Shown here piece after piece: positions 7,155 to 15,815 of a stretch of 53,808 nucleotides of DNA. The position numbers and the translations under genes are program-made. Below the pieces are notes generated by a model. It was not told the DNA's origin. It worked only from the letters and a program-made list of their open reading frames with translations, and did no database searches. The number at the start of each line of letters is the position of its first letter. The stretch's first letter is position 1. The DNA is from a virus: IMG/VR virus record IMGVR_UViG_3300037419_000815. The stretch is one strand, 5' to 3'.

Positions 7155-7607
7155 ATGGTCGCGTCAGCAGCCATCAGCGGCGATTACACAGACCTTCGGT
7201 TCATCAAGGGACGGAAGGTCTGCGCCATCACGATCGAAATACCGATCGAAGCGGCTGAGGACTTCGTGCGCGCATTCGGCACGCCGAGGCCCGCTGAGGG
7301 CGTTCCCGTCGCCTTGGCCCGCATGATGCAGCCGAAGGCCGAGGAACCTGCCAGAGAGCGCCGCAAGATGGAGGAGCTAGCGCTCCCTGTTCAAGCGGCG
7401 CTGCTCTGCGATCGCGAGGCATTCCAGCGGTTCATGCGCGAGCGCCTTAGCTATCGCAACGTCTCGGACGTGGACACGGCCGCCGAGGCATTGCGCGAGT
7501 GGTGCAACGTCAAAAGCAGGTCTGAGCTTTTGCCCGGCACGGATGCCGCCTCGCTCTTCTTCAAACTCAAGGGCGAGTTCGACGTCTGGATGAGGGCGCC
7601 GGCATGA
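7155..7607 (+). CDS. hypothetical protein (150 aa)
   Basis: ORF track. Tight spacing within the operon. No motif recognised. Confidence 0.6.
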   Translation: MVASAAISGDYTDLRFIKGRKVCAITIEIPIEAAEDFVRAFGTPRPAEGVPVALARMMQPKAEEPARERRKMEELALPVQAALLCDREAFQRFMRERLSYRNVSDVDTAAEALREWCNVKSRSELLPGTDAASLFFKLKGEFDVWMRAPA

Positions 7608-7948
7608 GACGTGAATTTTCCAAGGCCGTCCGTGTCGCCGCATTCCGACGTTGCAAGGGCCATTGCGAGCGCTGCACAGCCCATCTGATGCCCGGCAAGT
7701 TCGCATATGACCATGTGCTGCCGGACGGGCTTGGCGGCGAGCCCACGCTAGAGAATTGCGAAGTCCTCTGCGCCAATTGCCATGGCGAGAAGACCGCCAA
7801 GCAAGACGTTCCACAGATCGCCCGCACGAAGCGGCTCTACGCCCGCCACATCGGCGCCACGCAGCCGAAGAGCAGGCCGATGCCATGCGGGAAGCACTCA
7901 CCCTTCAAGAAGACTTTCAGCCACGGTGTTGTGAGGCGTCACCCATGA
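7604..7948 (+). CDS. HNH endonuclease
   Basis: 'CERC...YDHVLPDGLGGEPTLENCEVLCANCHGEKT' is an HNH motif with zinc-binding Cys pairs. Confidence 0.8.
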   Translation: MRREFSKAVRVAAFRRCKGHCERCTAHLMPGKFAYDHVLPDGLGGEPTLENCEVLCANCHGEKTAKQDVPQIARTKRLYARHIGATQPKSRPMPCGKHSPFKKTFSHGVVRRHP

Positions 7949-8457
7949 CCATGCTGCCGATAGACCAGTCGGACGTGCTGCGTCCCTTCGATCCTGCCAT
8001 CCGCAAGCGTCTGTTCAACCCGCTCCGCCGTGACGAGCCCATCATATCCAGGGCACGAGCGCCTCGCGCATCCATCGTCGATTACGAGGTGGTGCTCGAT
8101 TTTCGCGGGCTGCTTATCGGGGTCGCGCCTGTGGACGTCCGCAGCATCCGCATCTCGGATGTGATTGCGACCGTCGCGATGCGCTGGGGTCAGCGGAAGG
8201 CAGACCTGGTGAGCAACCGCCGCACGGAGCCGCTCATCGAGCCGCGCCATGTTGCGATGACCCTGGCCAAGCATCTGACGCCTGCCAGTTTGCCGGAGAT
8301 TGGCCGCAGCTTCGGTCGCGACCATACGGTGGTTCTCTACGCGACCCGCAAATACCGGGCGCTCATCGAACAACTGCTGCCGATCATGCCGCCGAGCGCG
8401 GGCGTCTTCGATTGGGCCAACAGCGCATACCTCGAACTGCATCCGGAGTCGGCATGA
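7945..8457 (+). CDS. DnaA domain-IV-like DNA-binding protein (no AAA+ domain)
   Basis: 'RRTEPLIEPRHVAMTLAKHLTPASLPEIGRSFGRDHTVVLYATRKYRALIE' parallels E. coli DnaA '[40 protein letters not shown]'. Confidence 0.75.
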   Translation: MTMLPIDQSDVLRPFDPAIRKRLFNPLRRDEPIISRARAPRASIVDYEVVLDFRGLLIGVAPVDVRSIRISDVIATVAMRWGQRKADLVSNRRTEPLIEPRHVAMTLAKHLTPASLPEIGRSFGRDHTVVLYATRKYRALIEQLLPIMPPSAGVFDWANSAYLELHPESA

Positions 8458-8987
8458 ACTGGACACCGGAACAGGACAACAAACTACGCGAGATGTGGCT
8501 TGGCAAGGGCTGGCCGGCGAGCTGGATCGGCCGCGAACTCAGCGTTAGCCGCAGCGCCGTTATTGGGCGCGTGCATCGGCTCAATATCCAGCGCGACGAA
8601 GACAAGCGCAGGAAGGCGAAGCAGGCCGAGGAAGCAAAGGCATCGGCCCGCGCTGATGCTCGGCGCAAGATGAGAGAGGCGAAGTCGGCCATGCTTGCTG
8701 CTGAGCGCGAGATGGCGGCGCTGCAAAAGCAGATGGCAACCGTCGAGGCGCCGCGCCTTCTGCCGCTTCGATCGGGCGCGACGATTATGGACATTCGCGC
8801 TTGCGATTGCCGCTATGCGCTGTGGGGCCACTCACGCCCGCCGCTGGCCGAGCAGTTCTATTGTGGCCAGCCGGCGCTTCCAGGGCGGTCCTGGTGCGCT
8901 GCGCATGTCGAGATCGTCTTCCGGCCGCTCATCAAGGCTGAGCCATCTCTGCGCCGTGCGCACGTCATTGCGAAGGACGTCGCATGA
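8454..8987 (+). CDS. gcrA: GcrA-like cell-cycle regulator homologue
   Basis: N-terminus 'MNWTPEQDNKLREMWLGKGWPASWIGRELSVSRSAVIGRVHRL'. C-terminal Cys motif 'CRYALW...YCGQP...WCAAH'. Confidence 0.85.
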   Translation: MNWTPEQDNKLREMWLGKGWPASWIGRELSVSRSAVIGRVHRLNIQRDEDKRRKAKQAEEAKASARADARRKMREAKSAMLAAEREMAALQKQMATVEAPRLLPLRSGATIMDIRACDCRYALWGHSRPPLAEQFYCGQPALPGRSWCAAHVEIVFRPLIKAEPSLRRAHVIAKDVA

Positions 8988-9406
8988 AGCACATCTCCGC
9001 CGCCGAATACCAGCAAACCGCCAAGCCGGCAAAGCGCCACAAATACCGCGCTGTCGCCGCCTTCCGCTGTGAGCACTGCGGCGCTGCCGCGACCGGCGAT
9101 GCCGAGTTCTGCATCTGCGGATCAACCAATCTCATCCGCTTCGCCAGCAAGGCGGAGGCGCGGCGGTATGACGCGCTGCGGCAGGAAGAGCAGCTTGGCC
9201 TGATCCGCGATCTGCGGCGACAGGTTCGCTATCCGCTCGACGTTAACGGCATTCGTATCGGCACCTACGCCGCCGACTTTACCTATCACCGGGGCGATGC
9301 TTTCGTTGTCGAGGACACCAAGGGCGTACGGACCCCTGCCTTTATCCGATCCAAGAAGCTCATGCTGGCGCTGTACGGCATCGACGTGGTCGAGGTGTCT
9401 GCATGA
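8984..9406 (+). CDS. DUF1064-family protein (putative endonuclease/resolvase-like)
   Basis: 'KYRAV...FASKAEARRYDALRQEEQLGLIRDLRRQVRYPL...YAADFTY......VVEDTKG' is the DUF1064 pattern. Confidence 0.65.
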   Translation: MKHISAAEYQQTAKPAKRHKYRAVAAFRCEHCGAAATGDAEFCICGSTNLIRFASKAEARRYDALRQEEQLGLIRDLRRQVRYPLDVNGIRIGTYAADFTYHRGDAFVVEDTKGVRTPAFIRSKKLMLALYGIDVVEVSA

Positions 9407-9624
9407 CCGAAGCCGAACAGATACACGCCGAGGCCATGGCCATCATTCGCCTCGCCAACAACAAGCTCGACTGGTGCGCCGAGGACGTCGTGCAGAAGCG
9501 CTATGCGGGCGTGCCAGCCCAGCTAGAAGGCATCCGCGCCAATGCAGAGCTTGCCCTTGCAGGCGGCCGTCGCCTTGAGCGCGCCGCACAGGCCAGGGCA
9601 GAGCGGGAAAGGAGCGCGGCGTGA
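9403..9624 (+). CDS. hypothetical protein (73 aa)
   Basis: ATGA coupling at both ends. Helical. Confidence 0.55.
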   Translation: MTEAEQIHAEAMAIIRLANNKLDWCAEDVVQKRYAGVPAQLEGIRANAELALAGGRRLERAAQARAERERSAA

Positions 9625-10466
9625 CACGCTGGTATCGCGCATACGAGGGCACCGTCAGCGACCCGAAGCTTGGCGAAGCTGCGCTGATCGCCGGGTGCTC
9701 TCGTTCCGTCGCGATCGCCGCTTGGCACGCGATCCTTGAGGATGCGGCGCATTGTCAAGCCGAAGGAGCATTCAGGACGACGGCGCGCCGTATCGCCGCT
9801 GTGCTCGGCGAGCAGCTTGCCGTCATCGAGAGTCTTGTCTCGGCGTTCGGTGAAATCGGTATGATCTCCGATGGCGCCGTGAAGGCGTGGAAGGCTCGGC
9901 AATACGAGAGCGACAATAGCACGGAACGTTCCCGCAAGCATCGTGAAGCAAAGCGCAACGCCGATGCAACGTTGCATGGCAGTTGCGGAAACGACGATGC
10001 AACGCCTGGCAACGCTGATGCATCGCCCCCAGAGGACATAGAACAGAGTAAGAAAGATACGTCTTCGCTACGCTCAGACGGCGCTGCCGCGCCGCTGGCC
10101 CCGAAATACGCCGACGAACGCCATCAGCTTTGGGCAGAAGGTCCGCTGATGCTGGCAGCCATGGGCGCCAAGGGCGACCCGAAAAGGCTCGTCGGCATGT
10201 GGCTGCGCGATACCGGCGACAATGCCATTGCCGTGCTCGACGCCATCATCCGAGCTCGTGACGAGCGCGTCATCGATCCGACCGCTTGGATTCAGCAAGC
10301 CATAGGCCCCTTCAAAACCACTAAGCCAGCCAAGAGCAAAGCCAATGAACGAACTGAGCATAACCGGCAATGGGACATCGCCCTTTCGGATACCGGAGCC
10401 GCGCGCCAAGGCTACGACCTTGAGCTTGAACCTCTCCCGTCTGGCGGAAATGGTCGCTACGGATGA
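9621..10466 (+). CDS. putative replication initiator (lambda O-like logic; GTG start)
   Basis: Position in the replication module. The central low-complexity linker ('NADAT..NDDAT..NADAS') is encoded by iteron-like DNA repeats next to an AT-rich patch. Confidence 0.45.
   Translation: MTRWYRAYEGTVSDPKLGEAALIAGCSRSVAIAAWHAILEDAAHCQAEGAFRTTARRIAAVLGEQLAVIESLVSAFGEIGMISDGAVKAWKARQYESDNSTERSRKHREAKRNADATLHGSCGNDDATPGNADASPPEDIEQSKKDTSSLRSDGAAAPLAPKYADERHQLWAEGPLMLAAMGAKGDPKRLVGMWLRDTGDNAIAVLDAIIRARDERVIDPTAWIQQAIGPFKTTKPAKSKANERTEHNRQWDIALSDTGAARQGYDLELEPLPSGGNGRYG
9957..10025. repeat. iteron-like 15-bp repeats (x3) plus 14-bp palindrome; candidate ori
   Basis: AACGCCGATGCAACG at 9957-9971, AACGACGATGCAACG at 9990-10004, AACGCTGATGCATCG at 10011-10025. 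Palindrome ATGCAACGTTGCAT at 9964-9977. AT-rich patch at about 10035-10062. Confidence 0.5.
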
Positions 10467-11187
10467 GACGGCTGTTTCGGCCGGCAAGCAGTCCATCCAG
10501 CGCGCCGCTGAAGCCGTTTCGCTCGAGCTGGGAATGAGGGCGGGTGCCGGTGCTCGCCAAGCTATCACCCGCGTCATCCGCGCTTTCCCTACGGCCGATT
10601 TCCGCGACCCTGTCGGGCTCGTCTCCGACATGGTCGAAGCGTTGGAGGATTATCCGGCGATCGTGGTCAGCGCGATGGCTGACCCGAAGACTGGTATCGT
10701 CAGATCGGCAAAGTTTCTGCCGCGCATCGCCGAAATGATCGACTGGTGCGATCGAGAGCTGGCGGCGATAAAGGGCATCGTCGCCAATGCGCAAAGCGCT
10801 CTTTGGCGCATGTCGGAGGCGGAGCGCTACGCAAAGGCTGCGGCTGACCGAGCCGCCAATCGAGACGAGTGGAACAAGCGCGAGGCCATGCTCTCCAAGA
10901 TGGTTCGCCGGCTAGCGAACAGGGGCAAGGACATGAACGCGCTGGAAGCCAAAGCTCGCTGCGATTGGGAAAAGGCCATGTGCGATAAGCTGGCCGATCG
11001 CCCCGATCTCGTCGAGGAGTTCGCGGCCATCCTCGAAAGCCAGCCCGACTTGATCGATATGGCGACGAAGGAAGAACGCCGCTCGCCGCGCAACGGCTGG
11101 CCGACGCTCTCCCATGAACTGACGAAGATCTACTACGCCAAGCGCGGCATGGAAGCGCCTTCGCCGCTCGGCAACAGTCTGTTTTGA
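10450..11187 (+). CDS. hypothetical protein (245 aa; alternative start at 10345)
   Basis: ORF 10345..11187. The ATG at 10450 gives a 17-nt overlap with the upstream gene rather than 122 nt. No motif recognised. Confidence 0.55.
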   Translation: MVATDETAVSAGKQSIQRAAEAVSLELGMRAGAGARQAITRVIRAFPTADFRDPVGLVSDMVEALEDYPAIVVSAMADPKTGIVRSAKFLPRIAEMIDWCDRELAAIKGIVANAQSALWRMSEAERYAKAAADRAANRDEWNKREAMLSKMVRRLANRGKDMNALEAKARCDWEKAMCDKLADRPDLVEEFAAILESQPDLIDMATKEERRSPRNGWPTLSHELTKIYYAKRGMEAPSPLGNSLF

Positions 11188-11219
11188 CCCCTCCCCCGCC
11201 GCAGCCTGAAGGAGCGCCC

Positions 11220-11438
11220 ATGCTCGCCGTCATCCTCCTCTGCCTTGCCTCCACCCGCTGCGACCGAGCGCACGCCGTCTCGGTCATGTCCGCGCCGTGC
11301 GCCTCGGCCGTGCCGACCGCCTGCCTTCTCGAAGCCCAGCAGCGTCTCGCCGCAACCGCAATGGGGCGGGACATGACGGGCCTCACGGTTCGGGTGGGCG
11401 TGGAGTGCGTCAAGCACCGCATCGAGGCTGCGCAATGA
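11220..11438 (+). CDS. small protein with N-terminal signal-like segment (72 aa)
   Basis: GAAGGAG Shine-Dalgarno 5 nt upstream. Begins '[14 protein letters not shown]'. Confidence 0.5.
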   Translation: MLAVILLCLASTRCDRAHAVSVMSAPCASAVPTACLLEAQQRLAATAMGRDMTGLTVRVGVECVKHRIEAAQ

Positions 11439-11725
11439 GCCGCGTTGAGCATTTGGCTGAGGGGGTGGGGCATCCAACGCAGAAGCCGCTTGCGGTGATG
11501 ATTTGGTGCCTTGGCTTCGTCCCAAATGCCGAAACGATCCTTGACCCCTTCATGGGCTCCGGAACAACAGGCGTCGCGGCCGTCAAGCTTGGCCGCCGCT
11601 TCATCGGCATCGAGCGCGAGCAATCCTATTTCGACATCGCCTGCCGTCGCATCGAGCAAGCCACCCGCCAAGCCGACCTCTTCATCGAGCCGCCATCCAA
11701 GCCGAAGCAGGAGGCGTTCCTTTGA
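11435..11725 (+). CDS. C-terminal fragment of a beta-class N6/N4 DNA methyltransferase (no DPPY catalytic motif; possible pseudogene)
   Basis: '[15 protein letters not shown]' and the AdoMet motif '[25 protein letters not shown]' are present. Only 96 aa long. I saw no DPPY-type motif in any upstream frame. Confidence 0.7.
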   Translation: MSRVEHLAEGVGHPTQKPLAVMIWCLGFVPNAETILDPFMGSGTTGVAAVKLGRRFIGIEREQSYFDIACRRIEQATRQADLFIEPPSKPKQEAFL

Positions 11726-11928
11726 TCCGCGCCGGCCTCTTCCGCTACATCCGCCGCGCCGACCTGTCTGACGCCCTCCGCGCCGGCTGGCTCGTTGTTG
11801 CCGATCTCGGCCCGGTGCATGGCGAATATTCGGTGCTGTGCGAGTGGCTGTGTGATTGCGCGGCCGGAAACATAGGCAGGACGGCCGAAACGGTCGTTGC
11901 GGCCACCACTGACCAGCCGAGAAAGTGA
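11722..11928 (+). CDS. hypothetical protein (68 aa, TTG start)
   Basis: AGGAGG Shine-Dalgarno 7 nt upstream. TTGA overlap with the previous stop. Confidence 0.55.
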   Translation: MIRAGLFRYIRRADLSDALRAGWLVVADLGPVHGEYSVLCEWLCDCAAGNIGRTAETVVAATTDQPRK

Positions 11929-11936
11929 GAGCCGAA

Positions 11937-12368
11937 ATGGAACGTTCCAAAATGACCATCCCACCCCTTCCCCAATTCGAGCCCGATCCAGAGCGGACGA
12001 TCGACGAACTGATCGCGCTCTGCGCTGCGACTGGCGACGACTACGGGCCGGAATACCTCGATGCATGCGAAGAGCTAGTTGATCGGCAGGTCGCTCGCGA
12101 TTGGCTGCTCGACCTGCAGGACCAGATCAACGACGCCCACCTCGTCCTCGTCCCCGAAGCCGACTGGATCGCCGGAAGGGAAGCGGTGGAACGCTTGGCG
12201 GCCATAGCGCTGTTGGCGAAATGGGACTTGGAAGATCGATCCGTACCACCGGCCGAAGTTAACTGGCCGGAGCGCATGAAGTTGCGTGGCGTCGAGGATG
12301 CCAAGCAATCGGCATCAGCAAGCCCGCCAGCGGCAAAGGACGGGTCGGAGGCCACTCCGGAGCCTTGA
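11937..12368 (+). CDS. hypothetical acidic protein (143 aa; alternative starts at 11925 GTG and 11952)
   Basis: ORF 11925..12368. No motif recognised. Confidence 0.55.
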   Translation: MERSKMTIPPLPQFEPDPERTIDELIALCAATGDDYGPEYLDACEELVDRQVARDWLLDLQDQINDAHLVLVPEADWIAGREAVERLAAIALLAKWDLEDRSVPPAEVNWPERMKLRGVEDAKQSASASPPAAKDGSEATPEP

Positions 12369-12425
12369 GCCACCCGATGCCGCTCCACGGCCTCGCCAAG
12401 CGATCTGACGACATAGGGAAACACA

Positions 12426-12668
12426 ATGAGCAAGATGGTTACGATCCCGAAGGAAGCTTGGTCTCAGCCGATCATGCCAGGCAATGGCGTCGACCGCCCG
12501 ACGACAATGGCGGAGGTGATTATGATGCCGGATGGTTTCTTCCGACTGCGCTGGAACAGTGAGCGTGGGATGTATCTGGCGCCCAGCGTGAATGCTGATC
12601 GCCACGATGAAATTCGTTTCTTGCGTGAAGAGGTCATCGCGCTTGCTAAGAAGCTTCGCGGCCACTGA
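12426..12668 (+). CDS. hypothetical protein (80 aa)
   Basis: ORF track. No motif recognised. Confidence 0.5.
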   Translation: MSKMVTIPKEAWSQPIMPGNGVDRPTTMAEVIMMPDGFFRLRWNSERGMYLAPSVNADRHDEIRFLREEVIALAKKLRGH

Positions 12669-12672
12669 GGCA

Positions 12673-13197
12673 ATGAGCATGGGCCGCCGAGGTCGCAAAC
12701 GGAAAATCGTCCATCGCGAGGGCAACGGCCGGGCCAAGCGCTCGCAGGAGGTCAAGGTGATCGCCGAAACCACAGTGCTCGGCCAACCTCATCGCCGCGG
12801 CAATACCGACCAGCGTTGCGCAACCGTGTTCGGCCAGTTCTGCCTTGCGCAACGGCTGCATCGAAACCTTTACCTTGCAGGTGAGGAGTATGCCGGCGTC
12901 ACCCGCCGCTGGCGATCGGCCAAGGGCATCCCCACGCCGTACCACAACGAGGCTGCCGGAACCGGGCGCGGCCCGTCAGACGAGACGGTGCAGACGCTCA
13001 CACGACGCATGGTCGAGATGGAGCAGGCAATGATGGGCGCGGGCGTTAAAGCTCTGCTCGCCGTGAAGCAACTCACGCTGGACGGCAATCCGCTCGGCAT
13101 GGATCAGGACAGTGCTGCGGTCGACGGACTCATGGCGCTCGGCGTGCACCTGGGCATGATGTCGGCAAGGACCCACCCATTCGAGCGGGCGGCTTGA
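12673..13197 (+). CDS. hypothetical protein (174 aa) preceding the terminase genes
   Basis: Internal ATG of ORF 12592..13197, 5 nt after the previous stop. Basic N-terminus 'GRRGRKRK'. Confidence 0.55.
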   Translation: MSMGRRGRKRKIVHREGNGRAKRSQEVKVIAETTVLGQPHRRGNTDQRCATVFGQFCLAQRLHRNLYLAGEEYAGVTRRWRSAKGIPTPYHNEAAGTGRGPSDETVQTLTRRMVEMEQAMMGAGVKALLAVKQLTLDGNPLGMDQDSAAVDGLMALGVHLGMMSARTHPFERAA

Positions 13198-13296
13198 CAA
13201 ATCGCGTGGCCCGCCCTCTTATGCCGTCACATATCCACCGTGAGAAGTTGCGCCCGGAGCAAGAAATTGCTGCCGGGCCTTTCGTTTGAGGGCTGC

Positions 13297-13740
13297 ATGC
13301 CAATCCTCGAAAACCAGAGGCACGAGGAGTTTGCCCGCGGGCTCGCCAAGGGTCTCACGTCCGACGAAGCCTATCAACAGGCTGGCTTCAAGGCGAACAG
13401 AGGCAACGCTACGCGCCTGAAAGCAAATGAAAGCGTCAGGAAGCGGGTTCTGGAACTGCAGGCGACCGTCGTTGAGCGAACGCTCGTCACCATCGAAAGC
13501 CTTACCGAAGAACTCGAAGCCGCGCGTAATCTGGCGATGGCTGATGAGAAGGGTGCGGCCGCTGCTGTCGCCGCCGTCATGGGCAAGGCCAAGCTGCACG
13601 GCTACCTCGTCGACAAGCGCGAAGTCGGTAAGCCCGGCGAGTTCGCCGACATGAGCCTGTCTCAGAAACAGGAGCGCGCGATTGGCCTTGCTCGACAACT
13701 TGGCCTCAGCCGTCTCGGCCCTACCGCCGGATCAGCTTGA
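13297..13740 (+). CDS. terS: terminase small subunit
   Basis: 'MPILENQRHEEFARGLAKGLTSDEAYQQAGFKANRGNATRLKANESVRKRVLELQ' is a typical small-terminase HTH N-terminus. Directly precedes terL. Confidence 0.75.
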   Translation: MPILENQRHEEFARGLAKGLTSDEAYQQAGFKANRGNATRLKANESVRKRVLELQATVVERTLVTIESLTEELEAARNLAMADEKGAAAAVAAVMGKAKLHGYLVDKREVGKPGEFADMSLSQKQERAIGLARQLGLSRLGPTAGSA

Positions 13741-15121
13741 CGACCTGCTGCGCCAGCTTGCCGAGCTGGAGCGCAATCGTCTCGCCCTCTACCAGCCATA
13801 TCCACCACAGCGCCGTTTCCACGAGGCTGGAGCGGCATTCCGCGAGCGACTGCTACGAGCGGGCAACCAGAACGGCAAGACCTTCTGCGGCGGCTGCGAG
13901 GCGGCCTATCACCTGACGGGACAATACCCGAACTGGTGGGCGGGCCGACGCTGGGACCGGCCGATCCTGGCCTGGGCGACGGGGCACACTGGCGAATCGA
14001 CCCGCGACGCACCGCAAAAGGTGCTGATGGGCACGGTCGGCGAGTGGGGCACCGGCACGATCCCGGCTGACACGCTGGTCGACTATGCGCTGGCGCGCGG
14101 TGTCGCCGACCTGCTCGATTACGTCAAGGTGCGGCATGTCAGCGGCGGCCTCTCGACGCTGCGCTTCAAGTTCTACGAGCAGGGGCGCCGCAAATGGCAG
14201 GGTCCCTCGGTCGATCTGGTCTGGTTCGATGAGGAACCGCCGTCCGACATCTACGACGAGGGCTTGGCTCGCACGATTGCCACCGGCGGCTCGGTGTTCA
14301 TGACGTTCACGCCGCTGGAAGGGATGTCCGACGTGGTGCATCGGTTCCTGTCCGTGTCATCGCCCGATCGCCACGACACCAACATGACGATCGAGGATGC
14401 TGAGCACATTCCGCCGGAAGAGCGGGCGCGCATCATCGCCAGCTTCCCGGCGCATGAGCGCGAGGCTCGTGCCAAAGGCATCCCGGTGCTGGGGTCCGGC
14501 CGCATCTTCCCGGTTCCGGAGGAAGACATCGCGATCGAGGACATCAAGCCGAAAGCTTGGTGGCCGAAGATCGGTGCCATGGATTTCGGCTGGGATCACC
14601 CGTTCGCGGCGGTCGAACTGATCTGGAACCGCGACGACGACATCGTCTACGTGACCAAGGCATACCGGGCACGAGAGCAGACGCCGGTGGTGCATGCCGG
14701 TGCGCTGCGGACCTGGGGCGCGTATCCGTGGGCATGGCCGCACGACGGCCTGCAGCACTCGAAGGACAGCGGCGAGCCTCTGGCGAACCAGTACGGCGCG
14801 CAGGGCCTCAACATGCTGCCGACGCGGGCGCAGTACGAAGACGGCAGCGCAGGCGTCGAGGCCGGCCTGATGGACATGCTGACGCGCATGCAGACCGGCC
14901 GGTTGAAGGTGCTGCGCCATCTCGCGGACTGGTGGGAAGAGTTTCGCCTGTATCACCGCAAGGATGGGCAGGTGTTCAAGGAGCGCGACGATCTCATGTC
15001 GGCGACGCGCTACGGCCTGATGATGCTTCGATACGCCGAGGTCGAGGGGCCGCAGGCGCCGCTGCCTGATCGCGCCAACGTCGGCTACGCACATTTGAAG
15101 TGGCGTCGGCACGGACGATAG
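13682..15121 (+). CDS. terL: terminase large subunit (non-ATG start; exact start uncertain)
   Basis: 'YPPQRRFHEAGAAFRERLLRAGNQNGKT' (Walker A), 'LVWFDEEPP' (Walker B), and a C-terminal nuclease-like half. Confidence 0.85.
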   Translation: MALLDNLASAVSALPPDQLDDLLRQLAELERNRLALYQPYPPQRRFHEAGAAFRERLLRAGNQNGKTFCGGCEAAYHLTGQYPNWWAGRRWDRPILAWATGHTGESTRDAPQKVLMGTVGEWGTGTIPADTLVDYALARGVADLLDYVKVRHVSGGLSTLRFKFYEQGRRKWQGPSVDLVWFDEEPPSDIYDEGLARTIATGGSVFMTFTPLEGMSDVVHRFLSVSSPDRHDTNMTIEDAEHIPPEERARIIASFPAHEREARAKGIPVLGSGRIFPVPEEDIAIEDIKPKAWWPKIGAMDFGWDHPFAAVELIWNRDDDIVYVTKAYRAREQTPVVHAGALRTWGAYPWAWPHDGLQHSKDSGEPLANQYGAQGLNMLPTRAQYEDGSAGVEAGLMDMLTRMQTGRLKVLRHLADWWEEFRLYHRKDGQVFKERDDLMSATRYGLMMLRYAEVEGPQAPLPDRANVGYAHLKWRRHGR

Positions 15122-15197
15122 CTGCAACCGCAGCGCGATATTTCCAGCCGTGCGCTGAGAAATGCCCCTCTCAGGGAGATAACCAATCGAGGGTTGC

Positions 15198-15815
15198 ATG
15201 GGCATCTTCGCCAATTCTCAACAGGTCGCGTCACAGCAGCAGAGCGCCTCTTTGCTTGGCAGTCCGGCTCCGGGTCCGGCGCTGTTCCGTGCGAAACAAC
15301 CATCGATCTTGTCAGCAACGCCTGCCGCCATTCCGATGCCGCCGACCGATCCAAGGGCCGCCGGGCCACTCCAACAGCCTGTCGATATCCCAGCGCAGTA
15401 TCCTTTGTTCTCTAAGACGCAGGTGACAGAGAATGTGCCGGGAATGGTAAGCCCCGGTAACATTGATCTGACTAAACGGCCAGTCGTCAGAAACCATGAT
15501 GGTACAATTTCGACGGTGTACACTACATCATACAGTCCTGAAAAGGGACCAAATGCTGGCAAAGAAGTCCTCATCCCGCGCGTCTCGAATGAAGGCACCA
15601 TCATGACCGAGCACGATGCCGTCAAGTATTGGGGCGAAAAAGGTCAAAACTTCGGCGCTTTCGATTCGGTCGAGGCTGCGGATGCCTATGCCAAAATCCT
15701 GCACGAGCAACTCTACGATCCATCGCGCAAACCGATCGGTGGCAATCTGAAAAAGCCATATGCGCCGGCTCGGACAATCCGAAGCTGGGACGAGCTTTAT
15801 GGGGGTGCGCGCTGA
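15198..15815 (+). CDS. hypothetical virion-module protein (205 aa)
   Basis: GAGGG Shine-Dalgarno. Central AT-richer patch encodes 'GNIDLTKRPVVRNHDGTISTVYTTS...KEVLIPRVSNEGTIMTEHDAVKYW'. Function unknown. Confidence 0.6.
   Translation: MGIFANSQQVASQQQSASLLGSPAPGPALFRAKQPSILSATPAAIPMPPTDPRAAGPLQQPVDIPAQYPLFSKTQVTENVPGMVSPGNIDLTKRPVVRNHDGTISTVYTTSYSPEKGPNAGKEVLIPRVSNEGTIMTEHDAVKYWGEKGQNFGAFDSVEAADAYAKILHEQLYDPSRKPIGGNLKKPYAPARTIRSWDELYGGAR

Noticed and set aside
10700-11959. 419-aa minus-strand ORF
   Set aside because: Arg/Ala/Pro/Ser-rich low-complexity translation lying antisense to several well-supported plus-strand genes, including the methyltransferase fragment. It is a typical high-GC shadow ORF. 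The same reasoning applies to 14357..15214, 23352..24629, 24951..26273, 27932..29239, 30488..31390 and 31333..33000 on the minus strand.
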